From Marinicella sp. (GTDB taxonomy: Bacteria; Pseudomonadota; Gammaproteobacteria; Xanthomonadales; Marinicellaceae), in the NCBI GenBank assembly GCA_965230295.1, contig OZ246001.1:768001-832000 (forward strand): DNA of 64,000 nt. Direction: 5' to 3'. Of the stretch, positions 53,869 to 63,205 are shown in pieces. The notes below the pieces were generated by a model, which did no database searches, was not told the DNA's origin, and saw only the letters and a list, made by a program, of their open reading frames with translations. Both the position numbers and the translations under genes were made by a program. Numbering within the stretch: the first letter of the stretch is position 1; every line of letters starts with the position of its first letter.

Positions 53869-53921
53869 CATACGCATGCGTATTGACAAATTGACAACCA
53901 AACACCATACTATACCGTATG
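53869..53921 (+). promoter_or_regulatory. fadE promoter with two CATAC-N6-GTAT(G/T) operators
   Basis: CATACGCATGCGTATT (53869-84) and CATACTATACCGTATG (53906-21) overlap TTGACA (53883-88)-N17-CATACT (53906-11). Confidence 0.7.
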
Positions 53922-53945
53922 TTACTAACAAACTAGGAAACAACC

Positions 53946-56414
53946 ATGACTTTTTTGACATTATTAGGGCTGATTTTAGCGGCTACATTGGTGGCAGGCT
54001 ATTTCAGGATGAGTGTAACCGGCTGGACCATTTTAACCGCTGCGACACTGATTTTAGGCATTGTGTACATTGACAGCGGGTTTTTCCCTGCTTTCTTTGC
54101 AATATTGCTGTTTGCCGCACCAGCTGTTTTCTTAAATTCAAAGGCTTTGCGCCAACAATACTTCACCAAAGGTTTTTTAAAGTTCTACCGCAAAGCATTG
54201 CCTGAACTTTCAGAAACCGAAAAAGTGGCTTTGGAAGCCGGCACAGTCTATTGGGATGCTGAACTGTTCACTGGCAACCCTGATTTCAAAAAACTGCATG
54301 ACATCAAACAACCTGAACTGAGCAGCGATGAAAAAGAATTCTTAGCCGGGCCGGTCGCCGAGTTGTGCAGCATGCTGGATGAACATGAATACAACCATGA
54401 AAAAGGTGACATGCCGCAAGAAGTTTGGGATTTCATCATGAAAAAGAAATTTTTTGCCATGATCATCCCCAAAAAATATGGCGGTTTGGGTTTTTCAGCC
54501 TTGGGTCATTCGGCCGTTCTACAGAAAGTTTCCTCAAGAAGTGGCGTGGCAGCAGCCACCATTGCAGTACCCAACTCACTGGGACCTGCTGAGCTGTTAT
54601 TAGAATATGGTACAGAAGAACAAAAGGACCATTACCTGCCCCGGTTGTCCCAAGGACTTGAAATCCCTTGTTTTGGCTTGACCGGTCCATCTGCCGGCTC
54701 AGACGCCACCTCCATTCCTGACACCGGTGTGGTTTGCAAAAAGAAAATCAACGGTCAAGAAGTTTTGGGTATTAACCTCAACTTCGACAAACGTTACATC
54801 ACTTTGGCACCTGTGGCCACTGTGGTTGGTTTGGCCTTCCAAATGATGGACCCTGATAATTTACTGGGTGATAAAAAACAACTTGGTATCACCCTGGCTT
54901 TGGTTCCAAGAGATACCAAAGGCATGGAAATAGGCAACCGCCATTTACCCTTGGATGTGATGTTCATGAACGGCCCAATCCGCGGTAAAGACGTCTTCAT
55001 TCCTATGGACTACATCATCGGCGGTCAAGACATGATCGGCCATGGTTGGCGTATGCTGGTTGAATGTTTGTCTGTGGGCCGGGCGATCTCACTGCCTTCA
55101 TGCTCGACCGGTGGCGCCAAAATGGTGGCATTTGCCACTGGTGCCTATGCCAGAATCCGTAAGCAGTTCAATTTACCCATTGGGCGTTTTGAGGGCATAG
55201 AAGAAGCCTTGTGCCGCATTGCAGGTAAAACCTATTCATGTGCTGCACTGTCTACCATGACGGCGTTGGCTGTTGACCGCGGTGAACGACCTGCTGTCCC
55301 ATCGGCCATTGCTAAAATGCATGCCACCGACATGACCCGCAGCATGATCACAGACTCTATGGACATCCATGGAGGTAAAGGCATCATCATGGGACCAGGA
55401 AATTATTTGGGCAGGGCTTGGATGGGCGCACCCATCTGGATCACCGTGGAAGGGGCCAACATCCTGACGCGCAGCATGATTATATTTGGCCAAGGCGCCA
55501 TTCGATGCCATCCTTATGTACTCAAAGAAATGGAAGCGGCTTATTTACCAGATATGGAAGAGTCTTTACAACAATTTGATAAGGTGTTGTTCCAACACAT
55601 GGGTTATTCATTCCAGAATGGCGTCAGATCATTCTTCCAGGGCTTAGGTACTTGGCGCCTGGAACGCAGTCCTGGTGACAAATTCACCAAACAGTTTTAT
55701 TCAAAAATCACCCGTTACAGCGCCGCTTTTGGTTTTGCGGCAGACGTATCGATGCTGACCTTAGGTGGTTCACTGAAAAAACGGGAAAAAACTTCGGCCC
55801 GTTTGGGTGATGTACTCAGTCATCTCTATATGGCTTCAGCTGTACTGAAACGATACCGGGATCAAGGCAAGCAGCATGCTGATCAACCCATTGTTGCCTG
55901 GGCCATGCACCATCATTTCTATGAAATTGAACAAGCCCTGAAAATGTTGTCTTACAACTTCCCAAGCAAAGGTGTGGGCATGTTCTTACGCCGGGTGATC
56001 TTTCCATTAGGCACCCATGAGCTGCCTCCAGGTGATCGCTTAGGCCACAAAGCGGCCAGCTTGTTGTTGTCACCCAATGAAACCAGACAGCGATTAACTG
56101 ATGGTATCGACAAAGATGAATCTGAGCATCACTTTGTGGCTAAGATGAATCATGTGTTAGCCAAAGTGATTGACACTGAGCCATTAGAAAGGCGCGTCTT
56201 GAAGGCCATCAAAGGTGGTGAAATCAATGAAATTGATCCAGCCAAGCAATTGGCGCAAGCCTTAGAAAAAGAAATCATTTCCAAGAGTGAATTCAACTCA
56301 TTGACCAAAGTCAGGGCTCAAGTGGCTGAAATTATTGCTGTCGATGAATTCCCATTTGATGCTTTTGATCGAACCAAAGCACAAGATGAGAGTGAACAAA
56401 GCAAAGTGGCTTGA
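53946..56414 (+). CDS. fadE: Long acyl-CoA dehydrogenase FadE
   Basis: N-terminal TMs, SETEKVALEAGT, VPNSLGPAELL, PCFGLTGPSAGSDA, KRYITLAPVAT, RKQFNLPIGRFEG, ITVEGANILTR and LKKREKTSARLGD. Confidence 0.96.
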   Translation: MTFLTLLGLILAATLVAGYFRMSVTGWTILTAATLILGIVYIDSGFFPAFFAILLFAAPAVFLNSKALRQQYFTKGFLKFYRKALPELSETEKVALEAGTVYWDAELFTGNPDFKKLHDIKQPELSSDEKEFLAGPVAELCSMLDEHEYNHEKGDMPQEVWDFIMKKKFFAMIIPKKYGGLGFSALGHSAVLQKVSSRSGVAAATIAVPNSLGPAELLLEYGTEEQKDHYLPRLSQGLEIPCFGLTGPSAGSDATSIPDTGVVCKKKINGQEVLGINLNFDKRYITLAPVATVVGLAFQMMDPDNLLGDKKQLGITLALVPRDTKGMEIGNRHLPLDVMFMNGPIRGKDVFIPMDYIIGGQDMIGHGWRMLVECLSVGRAISLPSCSTGGAKMVAFATGAYARIRKQFNLPIGRFEGIEEALCRIAGKTYSCAALSTMTALAVDRGERPAVPSAIAKMHATDMTRSMITDSMDIHGGKGIIMGPGNYLGRAWMGAPIWITVEGANILTRSMIIFGQGAIRCHPYVLKEMEAAYLPDMEESLQQFDKVLFQHMGYSFQNGVRSFFQGLGTWRLERSPGDKFTKQFYSKITRYSAAFGFAADVSMLTLGGSLKKREKTSARLGDVLSHLYMASAVLKRYRDQGKQHADQPIVAWAMHHHFYEIEQALKMLSYNFPSKGVGMFLRRVIFPLGTHELPPGDRLGHKAASLLLSPNETRQRLTDGIDKDESEHHFVAKMNHVLAKVIDTEPLERRVLKAIKGGEINEIDPAKQLAQALEKEIISKSEFNSLTKVRAQVAEIIAVDEFPFDAFDRTKAQDESEQSKVA

Positions 56415-56441
56415 TTAACTGACTCTGAGCTACGGAAATAG

Positions 56442-56474
56442 AGCCCATTTGCTTCAATCGAATGGGCTTTTTTT
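56442..56474 (+). terminator. Intrinsic terminator after fadE (overlaps the glnE stop)
   Basis: AGCCCATT-N11-AATGGGCT followed by a T-run. Confidence 0.7.
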
Positions 56475-58889
56475 ATGCTTCAACAATTTAGGTTTATCAG
56501 CATCAATCAAACCTTTATCCAACAGTATTTGCTGTAATTCTGACAAACTGCTCACAACCAATAACTCCGGTTCTGTCCAACTGTGTTTTAACACCCCTGC
56601 CAAAACTGCAAATTCACTGTCATGGGATTTCCCGGTTGAAGTATGTCGCAGTTTTTCAACCATCTCCTGCAAAGCTTGGTCTACTGATTCTGCCGGTCTT
56701 TTGATAGACAACACCTGTTCACGAAAGGCCTTATGCCACTGTCGCTGTTGCTTGGTACCGACCAAAAGTTTTGACTTGACCATGGCAGCATGTTCCCAAA
56801 CCCAAGCTTCATGCAATTGATAACTTTCAAACTGCTTTCGGGTCGTCACCAATGGGCCAGAATGGCCATTGGGCCTGAGCTGCATATCCAAGTCATAGAG
56901 TTTGCCGTGGTACATCTGACTGGTGAGGTGATGGATCACACGTTTGACCCATTTTTGGGTGAACAACTGCTGTTCAGCTTGACTCAGATCAGCATCAACC
57001 AGAAAGACCAAATCAAGGTCAGACCCTACAGTCATGTCATTGACTGCAGCTGAACCATAAGCAATCACCATCAAAGAATCTGATGTCATAGAAATTTGCG
57101 GAAATTTTTGCGCGATCTCATGAAAACAATATTGCACCACCTCGGCCAAAATGAACTGTGCCAACGTGGTCATTTGCTGACCTATTTGAGTCCTGGTAAC
57201 CCTTTGATCAACCCAACCCATGATCCAATTGAATTGCTGTGCCAATTTAAAGTTTCGGATGGCTTCCATCCAACCTTCCAAATCGTTTTGAACAGCTTGT
57301 GATTGCCACAAAACTTGTAATTCATCAGCTGAATCTATGGCGGCTTCATGCTGCTCAAACAGTTGCTCCAACAACATGGGGTAAGCTTGTAATTGATTGA
57401 CAAAATAAGGGCTTTGACCCAGTAATTGCAATACCTTTCGAAACACATTAGACTCTTTTTGCAGCATCAATAAGTAACTGGGTCTGGTTAATAGCTTTTT
57501 AACCAAATCTATGAAGTCTTGTAACACCGCTGGTTGATCCATACTCACAGCCATCCTCACCAATTGTTCCACTTGCTCGCTGCGGTCTTGAGGCAGCCTG
57601 TTTACTGGCAGCTGTGCCATTAACTGTTGGCAAGTTTGCTGTTGTTCTGGCAATAAAGATTCTTCGGCATCACTGGATTCAAACAATTCAGCAAACAAGC
57701 TACTGACGGTTAACCGATGATTCTCCAACTTGTTTTTAAAATCTTCCCAATCGACACATTCAAAGGCTTCTGCTAAGACTTGCCTGACCGTTCCATTGTC
57801 ACTGATTTCATGGGTGTCTTGATCAGCCACAGATTGGCTGATGTTCTCAGTTTTTCGCAACCACAGCCATGCCATGTGCAGTAAGTCAGCCTCTTTTGGC
57901 TTCAATTTTCTGGCAGCTGCCAAGGCCTTGATCTGTGGGCTGATGGAGTTGCCTTGAAGTTGGGTGTTGCGTCCCCCAAAAACCATTTGTAGACTCTGAA
58001 CAATGAATTCCACCGCCCTGATGCCGCCGGACCCTTGTTTTAAATCATCATGACTGAAACTGAGATTGCCGGCAATTTCAGTTTTGATGTGCGCCAGAGA
58101 TTGGAACACGGCATAATCCAAATGCTTGCGGTAAATGAATGGCAAAACATCTCTCATCACGGTAGCCTGTAATGAGGGTTCACCGCCCACCATGCGGGCG
58201 CGCATCCAGGCAAATCGTTCCCATTCACGGCCCTCATACAACAGGTATTGTTGAAAAGCGGCAACCGTACAAACCAAAGGAGCTGCAGAACCAAATGGTC
58301 GCAAGCGCATATCGACACGGTAAACCTGGCCATCCTGGGTGAAATGATCCAATAATTTGATGATTTTCTGGCCTAAACGGACAAAATATGCGGCTGCTGG
58401 CAATGACTTTCGGCCATTCGATGCACCATCAGAACGGTACATAAATACCAAATCCACATCTGACGAGTAGTTCAATTCATAAGTACCCAGTTTACCTAAT
58501 GAAAACACCATCAACTCAACCACTTCACCTTGGGCATTGACCACCTGACCATACCTCTCAGACATTTCAGCAGCTGCCATAGCATGGGCCTGGATGATCA
58601 TCAGGTCAGCCAAGGCAGAAACCCGATGCATGGTGCCCAGGTGTTGTTCAACGGGCAAGAACAAGTCTTGATAGGCTAAATATGCCAACCTGGATTGCCT
58701 GAATATCCGCAACATGGCATAACAATCAACTGTGGTGTGTCTGGCTTGATAAGCAGCTAAAAAGGTGTCCCAGTCCTCTTGCAGATCATATAAACCTAAG
58801 TCGGGATAACGGTGAGTGACGCCTTCAATTGCTGACCACTGAGTTTGTAAGAATGGAAACTCCGGCAACCAATTGGGGGCCGTCATCAT
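56454..58889 (-). CDS. glnE: Glutamine synthetase adenylyltransferase/adenylyl-removing enzyme (short form)
   Basis: Two nucleotidyltransferase repeats: LGKLGTYELNYSSDVDL...YRVDMRLRPFG...EGREWER...DLKQGSGGIRAVEF, and YGSAAVNDMTVGSDLDL...DMQLRPNGHSG...EAWVWEH. Confidence 0.88.
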   Translation of the reverse strand: MMTAPNWLPEFPFLQTQWSAIEGVTHRYPDLGLYDLQEDWDTFLAAYQARHTTVDCYAMLRIFRQSRLAYLAYQDLFLPVEQHLGTMHRVSALADLMIIQAHAMAAAEMSERYGQVVNAQGEVVELMVFSLGKLGTYELNYSSDVDLVFMYRSDGASNGRKSLPAAAYFVRLGQKIIKLLDHFTQDGQVYRVDMRLRPFGSAAPLVCTVAAFQQYLLYEGREWERFAWMRARMVGGEPSLQATVMRDVLPFIYRKHLDYAVFQSLAHIKTEIAGNLSFSHDDLKQGSGGIRAVEFIVQSLQMVFGGRNTQLQGNSISPQIKALAAARKLKPKEADLLHMAWLWLRKTENISQSVADQDTHEISDNGTVRQVLAEAFECVDWEDFKNKLENHRLTVSSLFAELFESSDAEESLLPEQQQTCQQLMAQLPVNRLPQDRSEQVEQLVRMAVSMDQPAVLQDFIDLVKKLLTRPSYLLMLQKESNVFRKVLQLLGQSPYFVNQLQAYPMLLEQLFEQHEAAIDSADELQVLWQSQAVQNDLEGWMEAIRNFKLAQQFNWIMGWVDQRVTRTQIGQQMTTLAQFILAEVVQYCFHEIAQKFPQISMTSDSLMVIAYGSAAVNDMTVGSDLDLVFLVDADLSQAEQQLFTQKWVKRVIHHLTSQMYHGKLYDLDMQLRPNGHSGPLVTTRKQFESYQLHEAWVWEHAAMVKSKLLVGTKQQRQWHKAFREQVLSIKRPAESVDQALQEMVEKLRHTSTGKSHDSEFAVLAGVLKHSWTEPELLVVSSLSELQQILLDKGLIDADKPKLLKHKKSPFD

Positions 58890-59986
58890 CTGGCCTGTAA
58901 ATAAGCCATTTCAGATATATTCAGCCAGGACTTGGTTTGACTCGCAAAATTTTGATAAGACTGATAGATCTCATTGGATAAGTCGCTGTGTTGACTTAAC
59001 TCTAACAACACTTCATCTGCATAGACTTTGAATTCCCCCAACACTTCTTGGGGGAATTGACGAATTTGAACTTGATGTTCATTCTTTAATGCATCCAAGG
59101 CCCGCTGGTTGTTGGCGGTGAAATCTGACAGCATGTTCTGATTGGCAGCCATGGCAGCCAATTCAACCACCGCTTGCAAATCCTCAGGCAATTGATCAAA
59201 TGCGTCTTGATTGACAAGGCCTTCAATACATGCGGTTGGTTCATGCCAGCCCGGGTAATAATAAAATTGAGCGGCTTGATATAAACCGAATGCCAAATCA
59301 TTGTATGGACCGACCCACTCTGTGGCATCAATGGTTCCTGTTTGCAAGGCGGTGAATAATTCTGCACCTGGTAAAGCTTGCGGTGTGCCGCCAGCTCGGG
59401 ATAACACTTCCCCACCCATGCCTGGAATCCTCATCACCAATCCTTTGATGTCCTCTTTGCGGTTAATTTCTTTATTGAACCAACCACCCATTTGAACCCC
59501 TGATTGTCCAGCTGGAAATGGTTTCAAACCAAACGGTGCATAGGCTTTTTGCCACAACTCCAAGCCACTTCCATGGTACAGCCATGCATTCATTTCATTG
59601 GCATTCATGCCAAATGGCACCGCCCCAAAGTACTGGGCCTCTGGCAATTTCCCTTTCCAGTAGTAAGCCGCACTGTGACCCATTTGTGCCGTACCGGCCG
59701 AAACCGCATCAAACACCTCAAATGCAGGTACCAGCTCACCACTGCCATAAACCTTAACCGTTAATCGACCACCAGACATGTTGGTGATGGCATCGGCTAA
59801 AAATTGTGCACCTGTGCCCAGCCCGGGGAAATTTTTTGGCCAAGCTGTCACCATTTTCCATTGAATTTTTTCTTTGGCAGTGACTTTCTGAGCATTCTTA
59901 TCAGAGGCTGATTGGTTGTTACAGGCACTCAACCCCACAGCTGCTGAAGCCAACGCAGCTGTCTTCAATACTTTTCTTCTGTCCAT
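58886..59986 (-). CDS. TRAP transporter substrate-binding protein (DctP/TakP-like), Tat lipoprotein signal
   Basis: MDRRKVLK...GLSAC signal; WKMVTAWP, QMGGWFNKEI, MRIPG.GG, DATEWVGPYND and YYYPGWHE. Confidence 0.93.
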   Translation of the reverse strand: MDRRKVLKTAALASAAVGLSACNNQSASDKNAQKVTAKEKIQWKMVTAWPKNFPGLGTGAQFLADAITNMSGGRLTVKVYGSGELVPAFEVFDAVSAGTAQMGHSAAYYWKGKLPEAQYFGAVPFGMNANEMNAWLYHGSGLELWQKAYAPFGLKPFPAGQSGVQMGGWFNKEINRKEDIKGLVMRIPGMGGEVLSRAGGTPQALPGAELFTALQTGTIDATEWVGPYNDLAFGLYQAAQFYYYPGWHEPTACIEGLVNQDAFDQLPEDLQAVVELAAMAANQNMLSDFTANNQRALDALKNEHQVQIRQFPQEVLGEFKVYADEVLLELSQHSDLSNEIYQSYQNFASQTKSWLNISEMAYLQAR

Positions 59987-59998
59987 TAAAATCCCTGC

Positions 59999-60466
59999 TT
60001 ATTTACAAAACCGTTGGATGCCCAAGCGGGCGTTTTTCAATGCATTGACCCTTTCATCATCAGTCATTCTGACCACCTGTCCATTGGCATCTCTTCGAGT
60101 CACTCGTGTGGTGGCATTTAAAGCATCATAGTTTCTGCGGGCCAACTCGCATTGCTTTCTGTTGTTCACCCTGTCTGCCTCAGCCAATTGCTTTCTGGCC
60201 GCTTCTTCTGCTGCGGCTTCTTCTTCAATTTCTTCGTCGGTCAACTCTTCTGCCACAGCTGCCCCACCCTCACTGGCTTGCTCTTCAGCTGGTTGTGGCG
60301 TGACTGTAGGGCCTTTTCTGATTTTTACAGTTTCAACGGGCTGGTTTTCTGGTTTTTGAGATGAATAGTGAATTTGCCCATTTTCATCAACCCATTTATA
60401 GATTTTCTCAGCCCAAACCGGACTTGAAATCACCAAAATAAAGGCCATTGTTATTAACTTAGACAT
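59999..60466 (-). CDS. DUF4124 domain protein
   Basis: Signal peptide, IYKWVDENGQIHYS..P, acidic linker and a C-terminal C...C; RBS GGAGA before ATG 60466. Confidence 0.9.
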   Translation of the reverse strand: MSKLITMAFILVISSPVWAEKIYKWVDENGQIHYSSQKPENQPVETVKIRKGPTVTPQPAEEQASEGGAAVAEELTDEEIEEEAAAEEAARKQLAEADRVNNRKQCELARRNYDALNATTRVTRRDANGQVVRMTDDERVNALKNARLGIQRFCK

Positions 60467-60574
60467 ACATTTCTCCAACGTTTTCGTTTCATCTTAGAAA
60501 TTTTACCATCAAATTTCAAGCGAGGGTTAGCTCAAATCTTGTACAATGAACATTAACTAAATTAACAGAAAAGC

Positions 60575-61378
60575 ATGACAAAATTAGACACCGCTAAACG
60601 CAAAGGCATATACCTGCTGCCCAACTTATTCACCACAGGTGCCCTGTTCGCAGGGTTTTACTCCATCATTGCCGGGATTCAAGGCAAATATGAGATGGCT
60701 TGCTTTTGTATTTTTATTGCCGCCTTGTTGGATGCATTGGACGGTCGTGTTGCCCGATTAACCAACACTCAATCAGAATTTGGGGAACAGTACGACTCCA
60801 TGTCTGACTTGGTGTCTTTTGGCGTAGCCCCCGGATTATTGATGTTCAACTGGTCCCTGTTTCACCTCACATCGGTACATCCGGTGATGGGTAAAATCGG
60901 CTGGCTGGCGGCGTTTATTTTTACCGCCAGTGGTGCATTGCGACTGGCCAGATTCAACACCCAAATAGGTGTGATCGACAAAGCTTACTTTCAAGGGTTG
61001 CCTTCACCAGCAGCAGCGGCAGTCATCAGTTCATTTGTTTGGATTTGTGTAGATTTAGAGCTGGTAGGGGCAGATTTGAAATACATCGCTTTACCATTGA
61101 CGGTTATCACTGGTTTGTTGATGGTATCCAGAATCCGATATTATTCATTCAAAACCATACCATTCAAAGAAAATGTATCATTCATATGGATTTTATTGTT
61201 GGTTCTGGTGTTTGTGTTACTGACCATAAAAACAGCCTGGGTGTTGTTTGTGGTTTTCACCGGGTATGCATTTTCAGGCATTGTTTTTACCATGGTCAGC
61301 ATCAAGCGCAAAAGGGCGATGAAAAAAACATCCAATGATGATGCAGACAAAATCCGGAAAGAAGACGATGAAGACTGA
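60575..61378 (+). CDS. pssA: CDP-diacylglycerol-serine O-phosphatidyltransferase (type II)
   Basis: KGIYLLPNLFT, DALDGRVAR...FGEQYDSMSD.VSFGVAP, LRLARFN and FQGLPSPAAA. Confidence 0.95.
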   Translation: MTKLDTAKRKGIYLLPNLFTTGALFAGFYSIIAGIQGKYEMACFCIFIAALLDALDGRVARLTNTQSEFGEQYDSMSDLVSFGVAPGLLMFNWSLFHLTSVHPVMGKIGWLAAFIFTASGALRLARFNTQIGVIDKAYFQGLPSPAAAAVISSFVWICVDLELVGADLKYIALPLTVITGLLMVSRIRYYSFKTIPFKENVSFIWILLLVLVFVLLTIKTAWVLFVVFTGYAFSGIVFTMVSIKRKRAMKKTSNDDADKIRKEDDED

Positions 61379-63068
61379 AAGTAATTACTTTACCCAAGCG
61401 GCCAGCGATCCCACCAAAGAGTCCGCCGGCACTTTGGAACAACTGACATTATTGGCAGATTTGAGTCAGGATTTTGTCAAATCCATGGACATCAACGACA
61501 TCCTGAGTCGAGCAGTTAAACGCATCAAAAGTTACATGCATGCTGAAGCTGCCAGTATTTTCCTGGTTGATCGCAGCCAACAAAACCTGATTTGTCGGGC
61601 CAGTGCCGGCCCCGTCGATGTCACCGATATGGCCATCAGCGTCGATAATGGCATCATTGGTAGAACCTTCAGTACCGGCGAAAGCCAAATCATCATCGAT
61701 GCGCGAAAAGATGCTGATTTTGTCTGCCATGTCGACACCTTAACTGGCTTCCAAACCCGTTCTGTGTTGTGTACGCCTTTGATCACCCAAGGCAACACCA
61801 TAGGGGTGTTACAGGTGTTAAATAAACAAGACGAGCAATTGTTTAGAACCAGAGACTCTGACATTTTAAGGTTGTTGGCCACACCCATCGCATTGGCGGT
61901 ACAAAACGCCAGATTCACTTTGAATTTTGTCGAACAAAAGCGCATCAAAAAAGAACTGACTTTAGCAAGAAAACTACAACGGTCTTTGTTACCTGGCAGA
62001 CTCAAGCCACCTTTTCCTGTGGTTGGCACCAACATTTCTGCCAATGAAGTTTCTGGCGACTTTTACGATTATTTTGAATTGAATGATGGTACCGTTGGGT
62101 TCATCATTGGTGATGTTTCAGGCAAAGGATTGGATGCATCGATGCTGATGGTGCGAGCCAGCAGCTTGTTGCGCTGGATTGGCAAAGACCATTTACCTCC
62201 CGGCCAGTGGCTGGCCAAAGCCAACAAAGAATTGGTCGAAAAAGCCTCTCGGGGCCTGTTTGTTTGTGCAGCAGTTGGGTATTACAACCCGTCCACTGAT
62301 GTGGCCACCTGGTCCAATGCAGGCTTACCACCGGTCATCTACAAATGCCCTAAATGTAACATCAATACTTGGAAAGCTGATGCCCCACCATTAGGCATCA
62401 AAGCCAGCGACTTGTCTTTCGAACAGCAAAGCATGCAGTTGAATCAAGGCGGCTTGTATTTCCTGACTGACGGGTTGACCGATGCGCGCAACCATGAAAA
62501 CCAACGGCGCGAGCTGGATGGTATCATTGAAGACATCAAGATCACTGAATCAGAATCTCCTGAAGTGCGTATCGGTAAAATCATCACCTCAGCAAGAAGA
62601 CACACTTTGAACGATGATGCCACAGTTTTGTTGATCGAAAAACGCGACCATTTACAAGAACACACTTTACTGTTTGAGCATTTCAAGGCCAGCCCTTGTC
62701 AGTTAAAACACATCAGGCACAAAATCATGGAAGTGTCCAAACAAGTCGGGTTTGAGGAAGCCTGTTGCCAACAAATCATCCTCAGTTTGGATGAAGCCAT
62801 CACCAACATCATTCGACACGCATACAAGGGCGTTGATGATGGTGAAATAGAAATAGAAATCAAAACCCAGAACAAAACCCTGGTGTTTTACCTCAGGGAT
62901 TTCGCCCCTGAAGTTTATGACAGCTCCATTCGTCCCAGGGACTTATCCAACCCCTTGCCCGGCCAGATGGGCATCAACTTCATTGACAGTGTGATGGACA
63001 CCTGGGAATTCGCTACACCCAAAGACGGCTATGGCAATCTGTTGATCATGAAGAAAGAGATTGCTTAA
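61368..63068 (+). CDS. GAF-PP2C (SpoIIE/RsbU) phosphatase fused to an RsbW-type anti-sigma/serine kinase domain
   Basis: GAF (VDTLTGFQTRSVLCTPL..VLQVLNK), ARKLQRSLLP, VSGDFYD, GDVSGKG, NAG, TDGLTD, DDAT, then LDEAITNIIRHAY and GQMGINFIDSVMD. Confidence 0.9.
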   Translation: MKTESNYFTQAASDPTKESAGTLEQLTLLADLSQDFVKSMDINDILSRAVKRIKSYMHAEAASIFLVDRSQQNLICRASAGPVDVTDMAISVDNGIIGRTFSTGESQIIIDARKDADFVCHVDTLTGFQTRSVLCTPLITQGNTIGVLQVLNKQDEQLFRTRDSDILRLLATPIALAVQNARFTLNFVEQKRIKKELTLARKLQRSLLPGRLKPPFPVVGTNISANEVSGDFYDYFELNDGTVGFIIGDVSGKGLDASMLMVRASSLLRWIGKDHLPPGQWLAKANKELVEKASRGLFVCAAVGYYNPSTDVATWSNAGLPPVIYKCPKCNINTWKADAPPLGIKASDLSFEQQSMQLNQGGLYFLTDGLTDARNHENQRRELDGIIEDIKITESESPEVRIGKIITSARRHTLNDDATVLLIEKRDHLQEHTLLFEHFKASPCQLKHIRHKIMEVSKQVGFEEACCQQIILSLDEAITNIIRHAYKGVDDGEIEIEIKTQNKTLVFYLRDFAPEVYDSSIRPRDLSNPLPGQMGINFIDSVMDTWEFATPKDGYGNLLIMKKEIA

Positions 63069-63205
63069 ACCACTGAACATTATTTACAATTCAGACAGAA
63101 ATTCGCAGGCAGATTCATTTTAAGCGTTTGAATCAGCCCAAAAATCCAATTCATCTCTTTGAGCGTTAGAGATGAGTTGGCCACTAAATCATAAAAGGAA
63201 TACAA

